A stretch of 64,000 bases of DNA. It comes from an uncultured bacterium. GTDB taxonomy: Bacteria; Krumholzibacteriota; Krumholzibacteriia; JACNKJ01. A program made the position numbers and the translations under genes. A model generated the notes under the pieces. The model had not been told where the DNA came from and did no database searches. It worked only from the letters and a program-made list of their open reading frames with translations. Shown in pieces: positions 9,054 through 18,689 of this stretch. Where the stretch lies: positions 2,080,001 through 2,144,000 of the forward strand of contig CAVOFT010000001.1 in the NCBI GenBank assembly GCA_963695095.1, read 5' to 3'. Every line of letters starts with the position of its first letter. The first letter of the stretch is position 1.

Positions 9054-9860
9054 TCAGGCGGACGGCTCGTCCTCGCTCTCGGGCGGCAAGTCCGGAAAGC
9101 CCGCGGTCTCGCTGTCGAGCCGCGCCAGGGCGGCCCGGGCCGCGCCTTGCTCCGCATCCTTCTTGCTGCGGCCGCGGCCCCTGCCCACCACCTGGCCGCG
9201 GACCAGCACCTCCACCTCGAAGTCCTTGGAGTGGTCGGGCCCCTGGGTGCCCTCGACGCGGTAGCGAGGCGGCAGCTTGTAGACGGACTGCACGCGCTCC
9301 TGGAGCAGCGACTTGAAGTTGCGGTGGCTGTCGTCGGCGAGGAAGGCTTCCTTGCGCGCCAGGATGCGCGCCGCCACCAGCTTGCGCGCCGGCACGAAGC
9401 CGCCATCGAGGTAGATCGCGCCGAGCACCGCCTCGAAGGCGTCGGCCAGGATCGAGTCGCGCGTGCGGCCGCCGGTCTCCTCTTCGTTGGCGCTGAGCCG
9501 CATCACCGCCCCGAAGCCGAGGGCGCTCGCGACGTCGGCCAGGACGACACGGCTGGCGAGCAGGCTCTTGAGCTTGGTCAGGGTGCCTTCGTTTTCGTCC
9601 GGGAATTCGTGGACGAGGGCCACATTCAGCGCCAGGCCGAGCACGGCATCGCCGAGGAACTCCAGGCGCTCGTTGCTCGCTTCGCGCTCCATGCCCTCCT
9701 GAAAGGCCCAGGAGCGATGCGTGAGCGCGAGGAGAAGGAGAGCCATGTCCTTGAAGCGATAGCCAAGCTGCTCCTGGAAGGCGCCGAGGGCGACGCGATC
9801 GGCCTCCAGGAGCGTGGGCGGGCTCTTGCCGGGAAAGAGCTTGCGAAACCAGGCGCGGAT
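9054..9860 (-). CDS. rnc: Ribonuclease III; start uncertain, probably the ATC at 9860
   Basis: LGYRFKD..LL..ALTHRS, NERLEFLGDAVL, ADAFEAVLGAIYLDGG and a C-terminal dsRBD (KSLLQE...GRSKKDAEQ.AA). Confidence 0.95.
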   Translation of the reverse strand: MRAWFRKLFPGKSPPTLLEADRVALGAFQEQLGYRFKDMALLLLALTHRSWAFQEGMEREASNERLEFLGDAVLGLALNVALVHEFPDENEGTLTKLKSLLASRVVLADVASALGFGAVMRLSANEEETGGRTRDSILADAFEAVLGAIYLDGGFVPARKLVAARILARKEAFLADDSHRNFKSLLQERVQSVYKLPPRYRVEGTQGPDHSKDFEVEVLVRGQVVGRGRGRSKKDAEQGAARAALARLDSETAGFPDLPPESEDEPSA

Positions 9861-9914
9861 GGCGGGCCTTCCTTCTGCGGCGCCCGCGATCCCCTCGGCG
9901 AGCGCCGGCGCAGT

Positions 9915-11162
9915 CTAGCGGGCGGCGGGCGCCCTGCCCAGGAGCAAGACGATGTTGTGGCCGCCGAAGCCGAGCGAGGTGCTGATGGCCAGCTCCACCG
10001 CTTGCTCGACGGCGCGATTGGGCGTGTAGTCGAGATCGCAGTCGGGATCCGGGTGCGCGTAGTTCACCGTGGGCGGGATGGCGCCGCGCTCCAGCACCAG
10101 CGCGGTGATCCCCGCCTCGAGTCCGCCGGCCGCGCCGAGCAGGTGGCCCGTCATGGACTTCGTGCTGCTGATCTTGAGGCGCGCCGCGTGAGCGCCGAAG
10201 GCCGCCTTGAGCGCTGCCGTCTCGATCTTGTCGTTGTAGGGCGTGCTCGTGCCGTGGGCGTTGACGTAGCCGATGGCTTCAGGCGCCACGCGGCCCTCCG
10301 CGAAGGCCCGGCGCATGGCGCCGATGGCGCCGCGGCCCTCGGGGTCCGGCGCGGTGATGTGGTGCGCGTCCGCCGTCAGGCCGGCGCCCAGCAGCTCGGC
10401 GATCACCGTCGCGCCGCGAGCTTGCGCATGCTCGTAGTCCTCGAGCACGAGAATGCCGGCGCCCTCGCCCATGATGAAACCGTCGCGCTCGGCATCGAAG
10501 GGCCGGCAGGCCTGCTCGGGCTCGTCGTTGCGTGTCGACAGGGCCTTCATGTTGCCGAATCCGGCCAGCGCCATCGGCGAGATCGTCGCCTCGGCGCCGC
10601 CGGCCAGCATGAGATCCGCGCGCCCGGCGCGGATCTGCAGGGCGGCATCCGCCAGGGCATGGGCCCCGGTGGCGCAGGCGCTGACGACGCCGTAGTTCGG
10701 CCCGCGCAGGCCGTGCCGAATCGAGACCAGACCGCTGGCGATGTCGCCGATCATCATCGGGATGAAGAAGGGGCTCACCCGCCGCGGCCCGCGCTCGACG
10801 AGCGCGCGATGGTTCTCCTCGAAGGTGAGCATGCCGCCGATGCCCGAGCCGATGATGACGCCCATCCGCTCGCCGTCCGGCGGCGCGGCGAGCAGGCCGG
10901 CCTGCGCCATGGCCTCTTCGGCGGCGACCAGGGCGAATTGCGCATAGCGATCGAACTTCTTGCGGTCCTTCGCGTCCACCAGCTCGCCGGGATCGAAATC
11001 CTTGACCTCGGCCCCCAGGCGCGACGCGTAGCCTTCGGTGTCGAAGGCCGTGATGCGGCCGATCCCCGAGCGACCGGCCAGCAGCGACTGCCAGGTCGCT
11101 TCGCGGCCGACGCCTACCGGACTGACCAGGCCGATGCCCGTGATCACGACACGGCGATCCAT
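9915..11162 (-). CDS. fabF: 3-oxoacyl-ACP synthase II
   Basis: RRVVITGIG, VSACATG, NAHGTST, TGHLLGAAG and GFGGHN. Confidence 0.97.
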   Translation of the reverse strand: MDRRVVITGIGLVSPVGVGREATWQSLLAGRSGIGRITAFDTEGYASRLGAEVKDFDPGELVDAKDRKKFDRYAQFALVAAEEAMAQAGLLAAPPDGERMGVIIGSGIGGMLTFEENHRALVERGPRRVSPFFIPMMIGDIASGLVSIRHGLRGPNYGVVSACATGAHALADAALQIRAGRADLMLAGGAEATISPMALAGFGNMKALSTRNDEPEQACRPFDAERDGFIMGEGAGILVLEDYEHAQARGATVIAELLGAGLTADAHHITAPDPEGRGAIGAMRRAFAEGRVAPEAIGYVNAHGTSTPYNDKIETAALKAAFGAHAARLKISSTKSMTGHLLGAAGGLEAGITALVLERGAIPPTVNYAHPDPDCDLDYTPNRAVEQAVELAISTSLGFGGHNIVLLLGRAPAAR

Positions 11163-11219
11163 GCGCCTCTCCCTCGGGGCTGGGGCGTCCCGCGGCGCAG
11201 GCGGCGGGACCCGGGGTTG

Positions 11220-11462
11220 CTAGGACTCGGTGGTGGCGGCCTTGAGGTACTCCACCACCGCCTGCACGTTCGTCAGCTTTTCGGCGTCCTCGTCGGAGAT
11301 CTCCATGCCGAACTCCTCCTCGAAGGCCATCACCAGCTCGACGGTGTCGAGGGAGTCGGCGCCGAGGTCCTCGATGAAGGAGGCGGTGGGAGTGATCTGC
11401 TCCGGATTGACGCCCAGTTCCTTCTCGATGATCTGGTGGACGCGTTCAGCGATCGATGCCAT
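11220..11462 (-). CDS. acpP: Acyl carrier protein
   Basis: [28 protein letters not shown] at 11471-11475. Confidence 0.97.
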   Translation of the reverse strand: MASIAERVHQIIEKELGVNPEQITPTASFIEDLGADSLDTVELVMAFEEEFGMEISDEDAEKLTNVQAVVEYLKAATTES

Positions 11463-11521
11463 GGAAGCAACCTCCTGGGTCTGCCTGGGGAAGCTCCCGC
11501 CTCCCGTCTGGAATTGCACAC

Positions 11522-11550
11522 TGCTTAGGGGATCGCCGTCCCCCTGTCAA
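11522..11550 (-). promoter_or_regulatory. Possible internal sigma70 promoter for acpP
   Basis: TTGACA-N17-TAAGCA: perfect -35, weak -10. Confidence 0.4.
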
Positions 11551-11564
11551 ATGCAAAAGGCCTT

Positions 11565-12308
11565 TCACATCGCCATGCCGCCGTTGACGGCGATCACCTG
11601 GCCCGTGATGTAGCGCCCGCCCGGGCCGAGCAGGAAGAGCACCGCTGCGGCCACGTCCTCCGGTTCGCCGAGCACGCCGAGGGGAATGCCGGCGAGCAGG
11701 CTCTGCTGAACGTCCTCCGCCAGCCCGGCCGTCATGTCGGTGCGAATGAAGCCGGGCGCCACGGCGTTCACGGTGACGCCGCGGCCGGCCAGCTCCTTGG
11801 CCAGGCTCTTGGTGAGGCCGATCAGGCCGGCCTTGCTGGCCGCGTAGTTGGCCTGGCCGGCGTTGCCGATCTGCCCCACCACGCTGGTGATGTTGACGAT
11901 GCGCCCGCCCCGCTTCATGAAGGGCCGCGCCAGCGCGCGCGCGAAGTGGAAGGCCCCGCCGAGGTTGACGGCGAGCACGCGCTCCCATTCCTCGCTCTTC
12001 ATGCGGGCGAGCAGGTTGTCCTGGGTGAGTCCCGCATTGTTCACCAGGAAATCCACCTCGCCCATCTCGGCGCGAACGCGGGCGACGAGGGCCGCCACGG
12101 CCTCGCCATCGCCGATGTCGCAGCCGTAGCCGCCCAGGTCCGCGCCGCCGCCGAGGGCCGCCGCCGCGGCCTCGCCCCGCGCGGGGCTGCTCGCCACGAG
12201 GGCCACGCGGCAATCCTCCCTGCGCAGGGCCTCGACGATCGCCAGCCCGATCCCGCGCGAACCGCCGGTGACCAGGGCGAGCCCTCCCGCCAACTCCGCT
12301 GAGGCCAT
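11565..12308 (-). CDS. fabG: 3-oxoacyl-ACP reductase
   Basis: TGGSRGIG, NNAG, YAASK and NAVAPGFI. Confidence 0.96.
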   Translation of the reverse strand: MASAELAGGLALVTGGSRGIGLAIVEALRREDCRVALVASSPARGEAAAAALGGGADLGGYGCDIGDGEAVAALVARVRAEMGEVDFLVNNAGLTQDNLLARMKSEEWERVLAVNLGGAFHFARALARPFMKRGGRIVNITSVVGQIGNAGQANYAASKAGLIGLTKSLAKELAGRGVTVNAVAPGFIRTDMTAGLAEDVQQSLLAGIPLGVLGEPEDVAAAVLFLLGPGGRYITGQVIAVNGGMAM

Positions 12309-12374
12309 CTCTCTCCTCCTGCCTCGGGGGCGCTCCCTGCGGCCACGCGCACCGCAGCGCCACTCCCTGGCGGT

Positions 12375-13319
12375 CTAGGCCCGGCTGCCTGCAAGCTCGG
12401 CCAGCCAGGCATCCAGCGCGCTCTTGTCGCCAAGGGGCGTCACGCGCGCCTCGCGATCGATCTTGCGCATGAGTCCCATCAGCACCTTGCCGGGGCCGAT
12501 CTCGAGCGCGTCGGCGGCATCCAGGCGCCGCAAGGCCTGCATCGACTGCAGCCAGAGCACGGGCCGCGTGAGCTGGGCGATGAGCAGCTCGCGCAGGCGC
12601 GTCCCGCTCGTCTCGGGCTCGGCGGTGACATTGGCGATCACGGGCGCCTTGGCATCGGCGAAGGGCACCTCGCGCAGGGCCGCCGCCAGCTCGGCGGCGG
12701 CCGGCGCCATCAGCGCCGAATGGAAGGCGCCGCTCACGGTGAGGGCGACGACCTTGGCCGCGCCGGCGCCGCTGCAGGCAGCCATGCCGCGGGCCACCGC
12801 CTCCGTCGCGCCGCTGATCACCAGCTGATCCTGGCTGTTGACGTTGGCCAGTTCGAGCACCTCGCCCTGCGCCGCTTCCGCGCAGCAGCCTTCGACGGCC
12901 TCGCGCGTGAGGCCGAGCACGGCCGCCATCGTCCCCGGCACCGCCTCGCCGCTGGCGAACATCAGCCGGCCGCGCAGGGTGACCAGGCGCAGGGCATCCA
13001 GCGGCGCGAGAACGCCGGCGGCCACCAGCGCGCTGTACTCACCCAGACTGTGGCCGGCCACCACCGAGGGCGCGAGGCCACGCCGCGCAAGGTAGGCATG
13101 GCAGGCCACGCTGACCGCGAGGATGGCCGGCTGCGCGTGGCGCGTTTCGGTGAGCCGCTCCAGCGGGCCCTCGCTGCAGAGGGCGCTCAGCGGCAGGCCG
13201 CTGGCGCCCTCGGCCTCGGCGAAGAAGCGTCGGCTCTCCGGATCCTGATCCATCAACTCCCGCCCCATGCCCACGAACTGGGAGGCCTGGCCGGGAAAGA
13301 GCAACGGTCGCCGCAGCAC
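12375..13319 (-). CDS. fabD: Malonyl-CoA:ACP transacylase
   Basis: FPGQASQ, GHSLGE, VSGAFHS and EIGPG. Confidence 0.96.
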   Translation of the reverse strand: MLRRPLLFPGQASQFVGMGRELMDQDPESRRFFAEAEGASGLPLSALCSEGPLERLTETRHAQPAILAVSVACHAYLARRGLAPSVVAGHSLGEYSALVAAGVLAPLDALRLVTLRGRLMFASGEAVPGTMAAVLGLTREAVEGCCAEAAQGEVLELANVNSQDQLVISGATEAVARGMAACSGAGAAKVVALTVSGAFHSALMAPAAAELAAALREVPFADAKAPVIANVTAEPETSGTRLRELLIAQLTRPVLWLQSMQALRRLDAADALEIGPGKVLMGLMRKIDREARVTPLGDKSALDAWLAELAGSRA

Positions 13320-13332
13320 GATCCTCCTTACC

Positions 13333-14322
13333 CTACAGACGCAGGAGCACGGCGCCCCAGGTCAGACCGCCGCCGAAGGTGACCATCAGGACGTGATCGC
13401 CGGGCCCGATGCGGCCCGCGCGGCGCGCCAGGTCCAGGGCAATCGGAATCGAGGCCGAGCTGGTGTTGCCGTACTCCTGGATGTTGACGAAGACCCGCTC
13501 GGCCGGAATCGCGAGGCGGCTCGCGATGGCATCGATGATGCGCAGGTTAGCCTGGTGGGGAATGAAGAGCTTGACCTGGTCGGCACCGAGGCCGGCCTCG
13601 TCCAGCACGGCCTGGGCAGCGGCCCCCATGTTGCGCACGGCGTGCTTGAAGACCTCGTTGCCCTTCATGTGGATCTTGTTGGTGTTGGCGGCGATGATCT
13701 CGGGCGTCGTCGGCTCCGCGCTGCCGCCCTGGGGCGCGTTGAGCAGCCCGGAGAGGCGGCCGTCGGTGCGCGTGCAGCTGGTGAGGATGCCGCCGTCGCC
13801 GGGGGGCCGCGCCTCGAGCAATACCGCGCCGGCGCCGTCGCCGAAGAGAACGCAGGTGCTGCGATCGGTCCAGTTCGTGATGCGGCTGAGCAACTCCGAG
13901 CCGACGACGAGGGCGCGCTTGCCTCCGCCCGATCGCAGCAGGGCCGTGGCCTGCGCGAGTCCGAACAGGAAGCCGCTGCAGGCGGCCGACAGGTCCCAGG
14001 CGGCCGCGTTGTGGGCGCCGATCCTCGCCTGCACGAGGCAGGCCGTGCTCGGGAAGATCAGGTCGCCCGTCACCGTGCCGATGATGATGTAGTCGACGGT
14101 GTCGGCCGGGCAGCCGGCGTCCGCGAGCGCCCGCTCACAGGCCAAGGTGGCGAAGTCGCTGTTGCGCTCGTGCGCGGCCGCGATGTAGCGCGTCTTGATC
14201 CCGGTGCGCGTGGTGATCCACTCGTCGCTGGTGTCGACCAGGCGGCTGAGATCGGCGTTGGTCAGCACGCGCGCGGGCACCGCATGGCCGGTGCCGGCGA
14301 CCTCGACGCTGAGCTTAGGCAC
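13333..14322 (-). CDS. fabH: 3-oxoacyl-ACP synthase III
   Basis: DTSDEWI, AACSGF, FGDGAGA, PHQAN and GNTSSAS. GTG start overlaps the plsX stop. Confidence 0.96.
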   Translation of the reverse strand: MPKLSVEVAGTGHAVPARVLTNADLSRLVDTSDEWITTRTGIKTRYIAAAHERNSDFATLACERALADAGCPADTVDYIIIGTVTGDLIFPSTACLVQARIGAHNAAAWDLSAACSGFLFGLAQATALLRSGGGKRALVVGSELLSRITNWTDRSTCVLFGDGAGAVLLEARPPGDGGILTSCTRTDGRLSGLLNAPQGGSAEPTTPEIIAANTNKIHMKGNEVFKHAVRNMGAAAQAVLDEAGLGADQVKLFIPHQANLRIIDAIASRLAIPAERVFVNIQEYGNTSSASIPIALDLARRAGRIGPGDHVLMVTFGGGLTWGAVLLRL

Positions 14323-15355
14323 CGAGACCTTCTCCCTGGTGGCGGGCCAGCAGCCCTTGCGTGCGCTCGGCCGTGCGCAGCTCATGGAAGCGCTGCGCCG
14401 TGCGAACGGCATTCATGATCGCCAGCTCGTTGCTCTTGCCGTGGCTGATGATGACCGTGCCGGCCACGCCCATCAGCGGTGCGCCGCCATGCTCGGCGTA
14501 GTCGAGGTCCTTGCGGATGCGCCGCTCGCCTTCGCGCAGGCTGCCGCGCATGAGCAGGACGCCGAGCTTGCCGGCGAGGCTCGCGAGCACGCTCTCCTTC
14601 ATGCGCCCCATCAGGAGGCGCGTCGTGTAGCCCACCATGCTCTCGGTCAGCTTGAGCACGACGTTGCCCGTGAAGCCGTCGCAGACGACCACATCCGCCT
14701 CGCCGGCCAGGATGCCCGCGCCTTCGACGTTGCCGATGAAATTGACCGGCGCCTGCGCGAGCAGCTCGTGGGCGCGCACGTAGAGCTCGCTGCCCTTGCT
14801 GCTCTCCTCGCCGATGTTGAGCAGGCCCACGCGCGGGTTCTCGCGCCGCAGCACGGCCTCGGCGAACAGGCGGCCCATGACGCCGAACTGGGCGAGGTGC
14901 TCGGGCCGGCAGTCGGCATTGGCGCCCACGTCGAGCAGGACGCAGCCGCCGTCCTTGCTCGGAAACCAGGTGGCGATGGCCGGGCGCAGCACGCCGGGCA
15001 GGCCGCCCACGTGGAGCATCGCCCCGGCCACCATCGCGCCCGTCGAGCCGGCGCTGATGACGCCGTCGACGGCGCCGGCCTTCAGGTCGAGCATGCCCCT
15101 GACGATCGGCGAGTCCTTCTTGCGCCGCACGGCCGTGGTCGGGGACTCGCCCATCGCGATCGACTCGCTCGTGGGCACGATCGCGAAGGCATCGGGAGCC
15201 TCGCCGGCCGCGACCAGCACGGCGGCGATGGCGGCCGGATCCCCGTAGAGGGCGATCTCCGGCGCCGGCTTCAGTTCGCGCCGCGCCAGCAGCGCGCCGC
15301 GCACGATGACCGCCGGTCCGTGATCGCCGCCCATCACGTCCAGGGCGAGCTTCAC
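14315..15355 (-). CDS. plsX: Phosphate acyltransferase
   Basis: ALDVMGGD, SAGSTGA, LDVGAN, LNIGEE, VCDGFTGN and SHGKS. Confidence 0.96.
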   Translation of the reverse strand: MKLALDVMGGDHGPAVIVRGALLARRELKPAPEIALYGDPAAIAAVLVAAGEAPDAFAIVPTSESIAMGESPTTAVRRKKDSPIVRGMLDLKAGAVDGVISAGSTGAMVAGAMLHVGGLPGVLRPAIATWFPSKDGGCVLLDVGANADCRPEHLAQFGVMGRLFAEAVLRRENPRVGLLNIGEESSKGSELYVRAHELLAQAPVNFIGNVEGAGILAGEADVVVCDGFTGNVVLKLTESMVGYTTRLLMGRMKESVLASLAGKLGVLLMRGSLREGERRIRKDLDYAEHGGAPLMGVAGTVIISHGKSNELAIMNAVRTAQRFHELRTAERTQGLLARHQGEGLGA

Positions 15356-15360
15356 GCCCC

Positions 15361-15549
15361 CTAGTCCGCCTTGCCGGTCTGCACCTGGCGACCCGCGTAC
15401 CAGCCGCAGTCCGGGCACACCCGGTGGCTCCGCTTCATCTGCCCGCAGTGCTTGCAGCGCACGAGACTGGGGACGCGCGCCGAGGCCAGCCAGACCGCCC
15501 GCGTCATCCGCGAGCGCGAGCGGCTCTTGCGCTTCTTGGGGAGAGCCAT
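15361..15549 (-). CDS. rpmF: 50S ribosomal protein L32 (Zn-ribbon form)
   Basis: MALPKKRKSRSR...CKHCG...HRVCPDCGWY, at the canonical yceD-rpmF-plsX position. Confidence 0.95.
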   Translation of the reverse strand: MALPKKRKSRSRSRMTRAVWLASARVPSLVRCKHCGQMKRSHRVCPDCGWYAGRQVQTGKAD

Positions 15550-15552
15550 GAC

Positions 15553-16104
15553 TTAGTCCTTTCCGGTGTCGCCGCCCTCGCCGGCCGGGCCCTTGCCCTC
15601 CCGCTCCAGGCGCCGCTTGAGTTCCGCCAGCGGACCCCAGCGGGGGTCCGGCTCGTCCTGCTCGATCGCCAGGGCCCCGGGCGGTCCTGGACAGGCCCCC
15701 ATCCCCGCCGCCTCGCAGCTCAACTGGATCGGCAGATCCAGCCATAGCGCCTCGAGCACGGGCGCCGTCAGATCCAGTTCCTGGCTGCCCGCCGGCAGCA
15801 GCAGCAGGTCATCCGCCGATTCGGTCGCCTCCGCGTCGAGCCCGCCCGCGGCGGCGGCGAGGGCCACCAGGCGGAATTCTCCCGCCAGCCTTCCCGAGAA
15901 GGGCCGATTGCAGCGGTCGCAGCGGAAGGGGAACTGGGCCTCCACCCGACCGCTGACAGTCCAGCGCTGCCCGGCCGGGTCCACCGTGACCCAGAGCTCG
16001 GCCTCGCCCTCGCCGATTCGGTCGCCCATGCCCTCGAGCCGCACGGCGCTGCGTAAGTGGAAGTCCTCGCGCTGCTCCCTGACGCTGTTGAGCAGGATCT
16101 TCAT
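15553..16104 (-). CDS. yceD: YceD/DUF177 protein
   Basis: CDRC, ELDL...EALWLDLP and DPRWGPL; synteny with rpmF. Confidence 0.9.
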   Translation of the reverse strand: MKILLNSVREQREDFHLRSAVRLEGMGDRIGEGEAELWVTVDPAGQRWTVSGRVEAQFPFRCDRCNRPFSGRLAGEFRLVALAAAAGGLDAEATESADDLLLLPAGSQELDLTAPVLEALWLDLPIQLSCEAAGMGACPGPPGALAIEQDEPDPRWGPLAELKRRLEREGKGPAGEGGDTGKD

Positions 16105-16134
16105 GGAGCCCCGCCGATTCGGGCAAGACGGTGC

Positions 16135-16163
16135 ATAGTAGACCGCAACTCCCCCACTGTCAA
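16135..16163 (-). promoter_or_regulatory. Sigma70 promoter of the yceD-rpmF-plsX-fab operon
   Basis: TTGACA-N17-TACTAT, near consensus, about 30 bp upstream of yceD. Confidence 0.8.
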
Positions 16164-16232
16164 GGTCTTGGCCCCTGAGCCATCCCGCCGGTAAGGATTG
16201 GCGGGGCCGAGTCCGGCGGCCTGTCCCCGGAC

Positions 16233-16634
16233 TCAGCCCCCAAAGATGATGCCCAGCTCGCGGGCCGCCGAGGCGTCGGAATCGCTGGCGTGCACCCCGT
16301 TGTTCTGCAGGCTGCGCCCGAAGCGGTAGCGGATCGTGCCCGGCGCCGCCTCGGCGGGGTTGGTGGCGCCGACCAGCGTGCGCAAGTCCTTGACCGCGTT
16401 GTCTTTCTCCAGGCTCACCGCCACCACGGGCCCGCTCGTGATGTAGTTCACGAGTTCGCCGTAGAAGGGCTTGCCCTCGTGCTCGGCGTAGAAGGCGCGC
16501 ACCTGGGCCTCCGTCAGGCGCTTCATCTCCAGCCCCGTGATCCGGAAGCGATTGGCCGTCAGCAGGCCGAGGATCTCGCCGATGATCTGATCGGCCACCA
16601 GCTCGGGTTTGATCATCAAATAGGTCTGGCTCAA
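16233..16634 (-). CDS. ndk: Nucleoside diphosphate kinase
   Basis: MIKPE, FYAEHEGKPF, GATNP, PGTIR and NGVHASDS. Confidence 0.96.
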   Translation of the reverse strand: MSQTYLMIKPELVADQIIGEILGLLTANRFRITGLEMKRLTEAQVRAFYAEHEGKPFYGELVNYITSGPVVAVSLEKDNAVKDLRTLVGATNPAEAAPGTIRYRFGRSLQNNGVHASDSDASAARELGIIFGG

Positions 16635-16680
16635 GAGGGTCTCCTCCGCGGGGTGTGAAACCGGCGCCGGCCGCTGGCGC

Positions 16681-17553
16681 CTAGGGGCGGTAGCGCTCCT
16701 GGAGCAGGGGCACGATGCGACTGGGAATCTCCGCCACCGGCACGCTCGCCGCGCGCAGGCTGGCGATCTTGTCGGCCGCCGTGCCCGAGCCGCCGGCGAT
16801 GATGGCGCCGGCGTGGCCCATCCGCTTGCCCGGCGGCGCCGTGCGGCCGGCGATGAAGGCCACCACCGGCATCGTCACCTTCGCCTTGATGAAGGCCGCC
16901 GCCTCTTCCTCGTCGGTGCCGCCGATCTCGCCGATCATCACGACGGCCTCCGTGGCGGGATCGGCCTCGAAGGCGGCCAGGCAGTCGATGAAGTTGGTGC
17001 CGATCACGGGATCGCCGCCGATGCCGATGCAGGTGGACTGGCCCAGCCCCGCCTGGGTGAGGTGATGGACCACCTCGTAGGTGAGCGTGCCCGAGCGGCT
17101 GACGAGGCCGACGGCGCCCGGCTTGACGATGTTGCCGGGCAGGATGCCCACCTTGCACTGGCCGGGCGAGATCAGCCCCGGGCAGTTGGGGCCGATCAGC
17201 CGCACGCCGGCCGCGCGCACGCGGGGCATGACGGCGTTCATGTCGCGCACCGGAATGCCCTCGGTGATGCAGACCACGGTGCGGATGCCGGCCGCCACCG
17301 CTTCCAGGACGGCGTCGGCCGCCACGTTGGCGGGCACGAAGATGACGGTGGCATTGGCGCCGCTCTCGGCGACCGCCTCGGCCACGGTGTCGAAGACGGG
17401 CACGCCGTAGGCCTCCTGGCCGCCCTTGCCGGGCGTGACCCCCGCCACGACCCGGGTCCCGTAGGCCTGCATCTGCTCGGTGTGGAAGCCGCCGTCGCGG
17501 CCGGTGATGCCCTGCACGACCAGGCGCGTGTCCTTGTCGACGAAGATGCTCAT
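16681..17553 (-). CDS. sucD: Succinyl-CoA ligase subunit alpha
   Basis: VQGITG, IGPNCPG, SRSGTL, GIGGD and RMGHAGA. Confidence 0.97.
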   Translation of the reverse strand: MSIFVDKDTRLVVQGITGRDGGFHTEQMQAYGTRVVAGVTPGKGGQEAYGVPVFDTVAEAVAESGANATVIFVPANVAADAVLEAVAAGIRTVVCITEGIPVRDMNAVMPRVRAAGVRLIGPNCPGLISPGQCKVGILPGNIVKPGAVGLVSRSGTLTYEVVHHLTQAGLGQSTCIGIGGDPVIGTNFIDCLAAFEADPATEAVVMIGEIGGTDEEEAAAFIKAKVTMPVVAFIAGRTAPPGKRMGHAGAIIAGGSGTAADKIASLRAASVPVAEIPSRIVPLLQERYRP

Positions 17554-18689
17554 GCTGCGCCTCCCTTGGCCAGGGCGATGGCCTGCTGGACCGCCTCGTC
17601 CATCGTGGCGGCGGCGATCAGGTCCGTCTCGGCGAGCAGGCGCCGCGCCTCCTCCTCGTTGGTGCCCACCAGGCGCACGACCACGGGCAGGTGCAGGCCC
17701 GTCTTCGCCTTGGCCTCGATGATGCCCCGCGCGACGTCGTCGCAGCGGGTGATGCCGCCGAAGATGTTGAAGAGGATGGCGCGCACGGCCCGGTCGCGCG
17801 TGATGATCTCCAGGGCCTTGACCACCTTGTCCGGGTTCGAGCTGCCGCCGATGTCCAGGAAGTTCGCCGGCCGGCCGCCGTAGTGCTGGACCAGGTCCAT
17901 GGTGGCCATGGCCAGCCCGGCCCCGTTGACCAGGCAGCCCACGTTGCCCTCCAGCTTGACGAAGCTGAGGCCGGCCAGGCGCGCCTCGTCCTCTTCCGGC
18001 GTGGCCTCGGCGGGATCCCGCCAGCCGGCAATCTCGCTCTGGCGGTAGAGGGCGTTGTCGTCCAGGACCATCTTGCCGTCCACGGCCCAGACCTGCTCGC
18101 CGGGCGTGACGACGAGCGGGTTGATCTCCGCCAGCGTGGCGTCGCTGGCGTAGTAGGCCTGCCACAGGCGCGTGAGCACGTCGGCCATGCGCTGGGCCAC
18201 GCGGCCCTCGGCCACCTGGAAGGCCACTTGCCGCGCTTCGTGGGCACAGAGCCCGGCGACGGGATCGATGTGCCGCTTGACGATGCGCTCGGGCGTGCTG
18301 GCGGCCACTTCCTCGATATCGACGCCGCCGGCCGCCGAGACCATGAGCGTCGCGCACTGGGCGGCCCGATCCTGCACGATGCCGAGGTAGTACTCCTTCG
18401 CGATGTCCACGGCCCGCGTGACCAGCAGGCGGCGCACGGTCAGACCCTTGATCTCCATGCCGAGGATCTGATCGGCCTTGTCCCGGGCCTCGTCGTGGTG
18501 CCCGGCCAGCTTGACGCCGCCCGCCTTGCCGCGGCCGCCCACCAGCACCTGGGCCTTGATCACCACCGGTCCGCCCAGCTCGCGCGCCCTCTCCTTGGCC
18601 TCCTCCGGCGTGCGCACGACGAAGCCGTCGGGCACGGGGATCCCCTGGCGCCGGAAGAGCTCCTTGGCGCGATACTCGTGGATCTTCAC
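17550..18689 (-). CDS. sucC: Succinyl-CoA ligase subunit beta
   Basis: [32 protein letters not shown] and NIFGGI. Confidence 0.97.
   Translation of the reverse strand: MKIHEYRAKELFRRQGIPVPDGFVVRTPEEAKERARELGGPVVIKAQVLVGGRGKAGGVKLAGHHDEARDKADQILGMEIKGLTVRRLLVTRAVDIAKEYYLGIVQDRAAQCATLMVSAAGGVDIEEVAASTPERIVKRHIDPVAGLCAHEARQVAFQVAEGRVAQRMADVLTRLWQAYYASDATLAEINPLVVTPGEQVWAVDGKMVLDDNALYRQSEIAGWRDPAEATPEEDEARLAGLSFVKLEGNVGCLVNGAGLAMATMDLVQHYGGRPANFLDIGGSSNPDKVVKALEIITRDRAVRAILFNIFGGITRCDDVARGIIEAKAKTGLHLPVVVRLVGTNEEEARRLLAETDLIAAATMDEAVQQAIALAKGGAA

Noticed and set aside
9054..11162. fabF and rnc are in the same frame, separated by one TAG (possible readthrough fusion)
   Set aside because: There is a one-in-three chance of this, rnc has its own SD, and nothing supports stop recoding.
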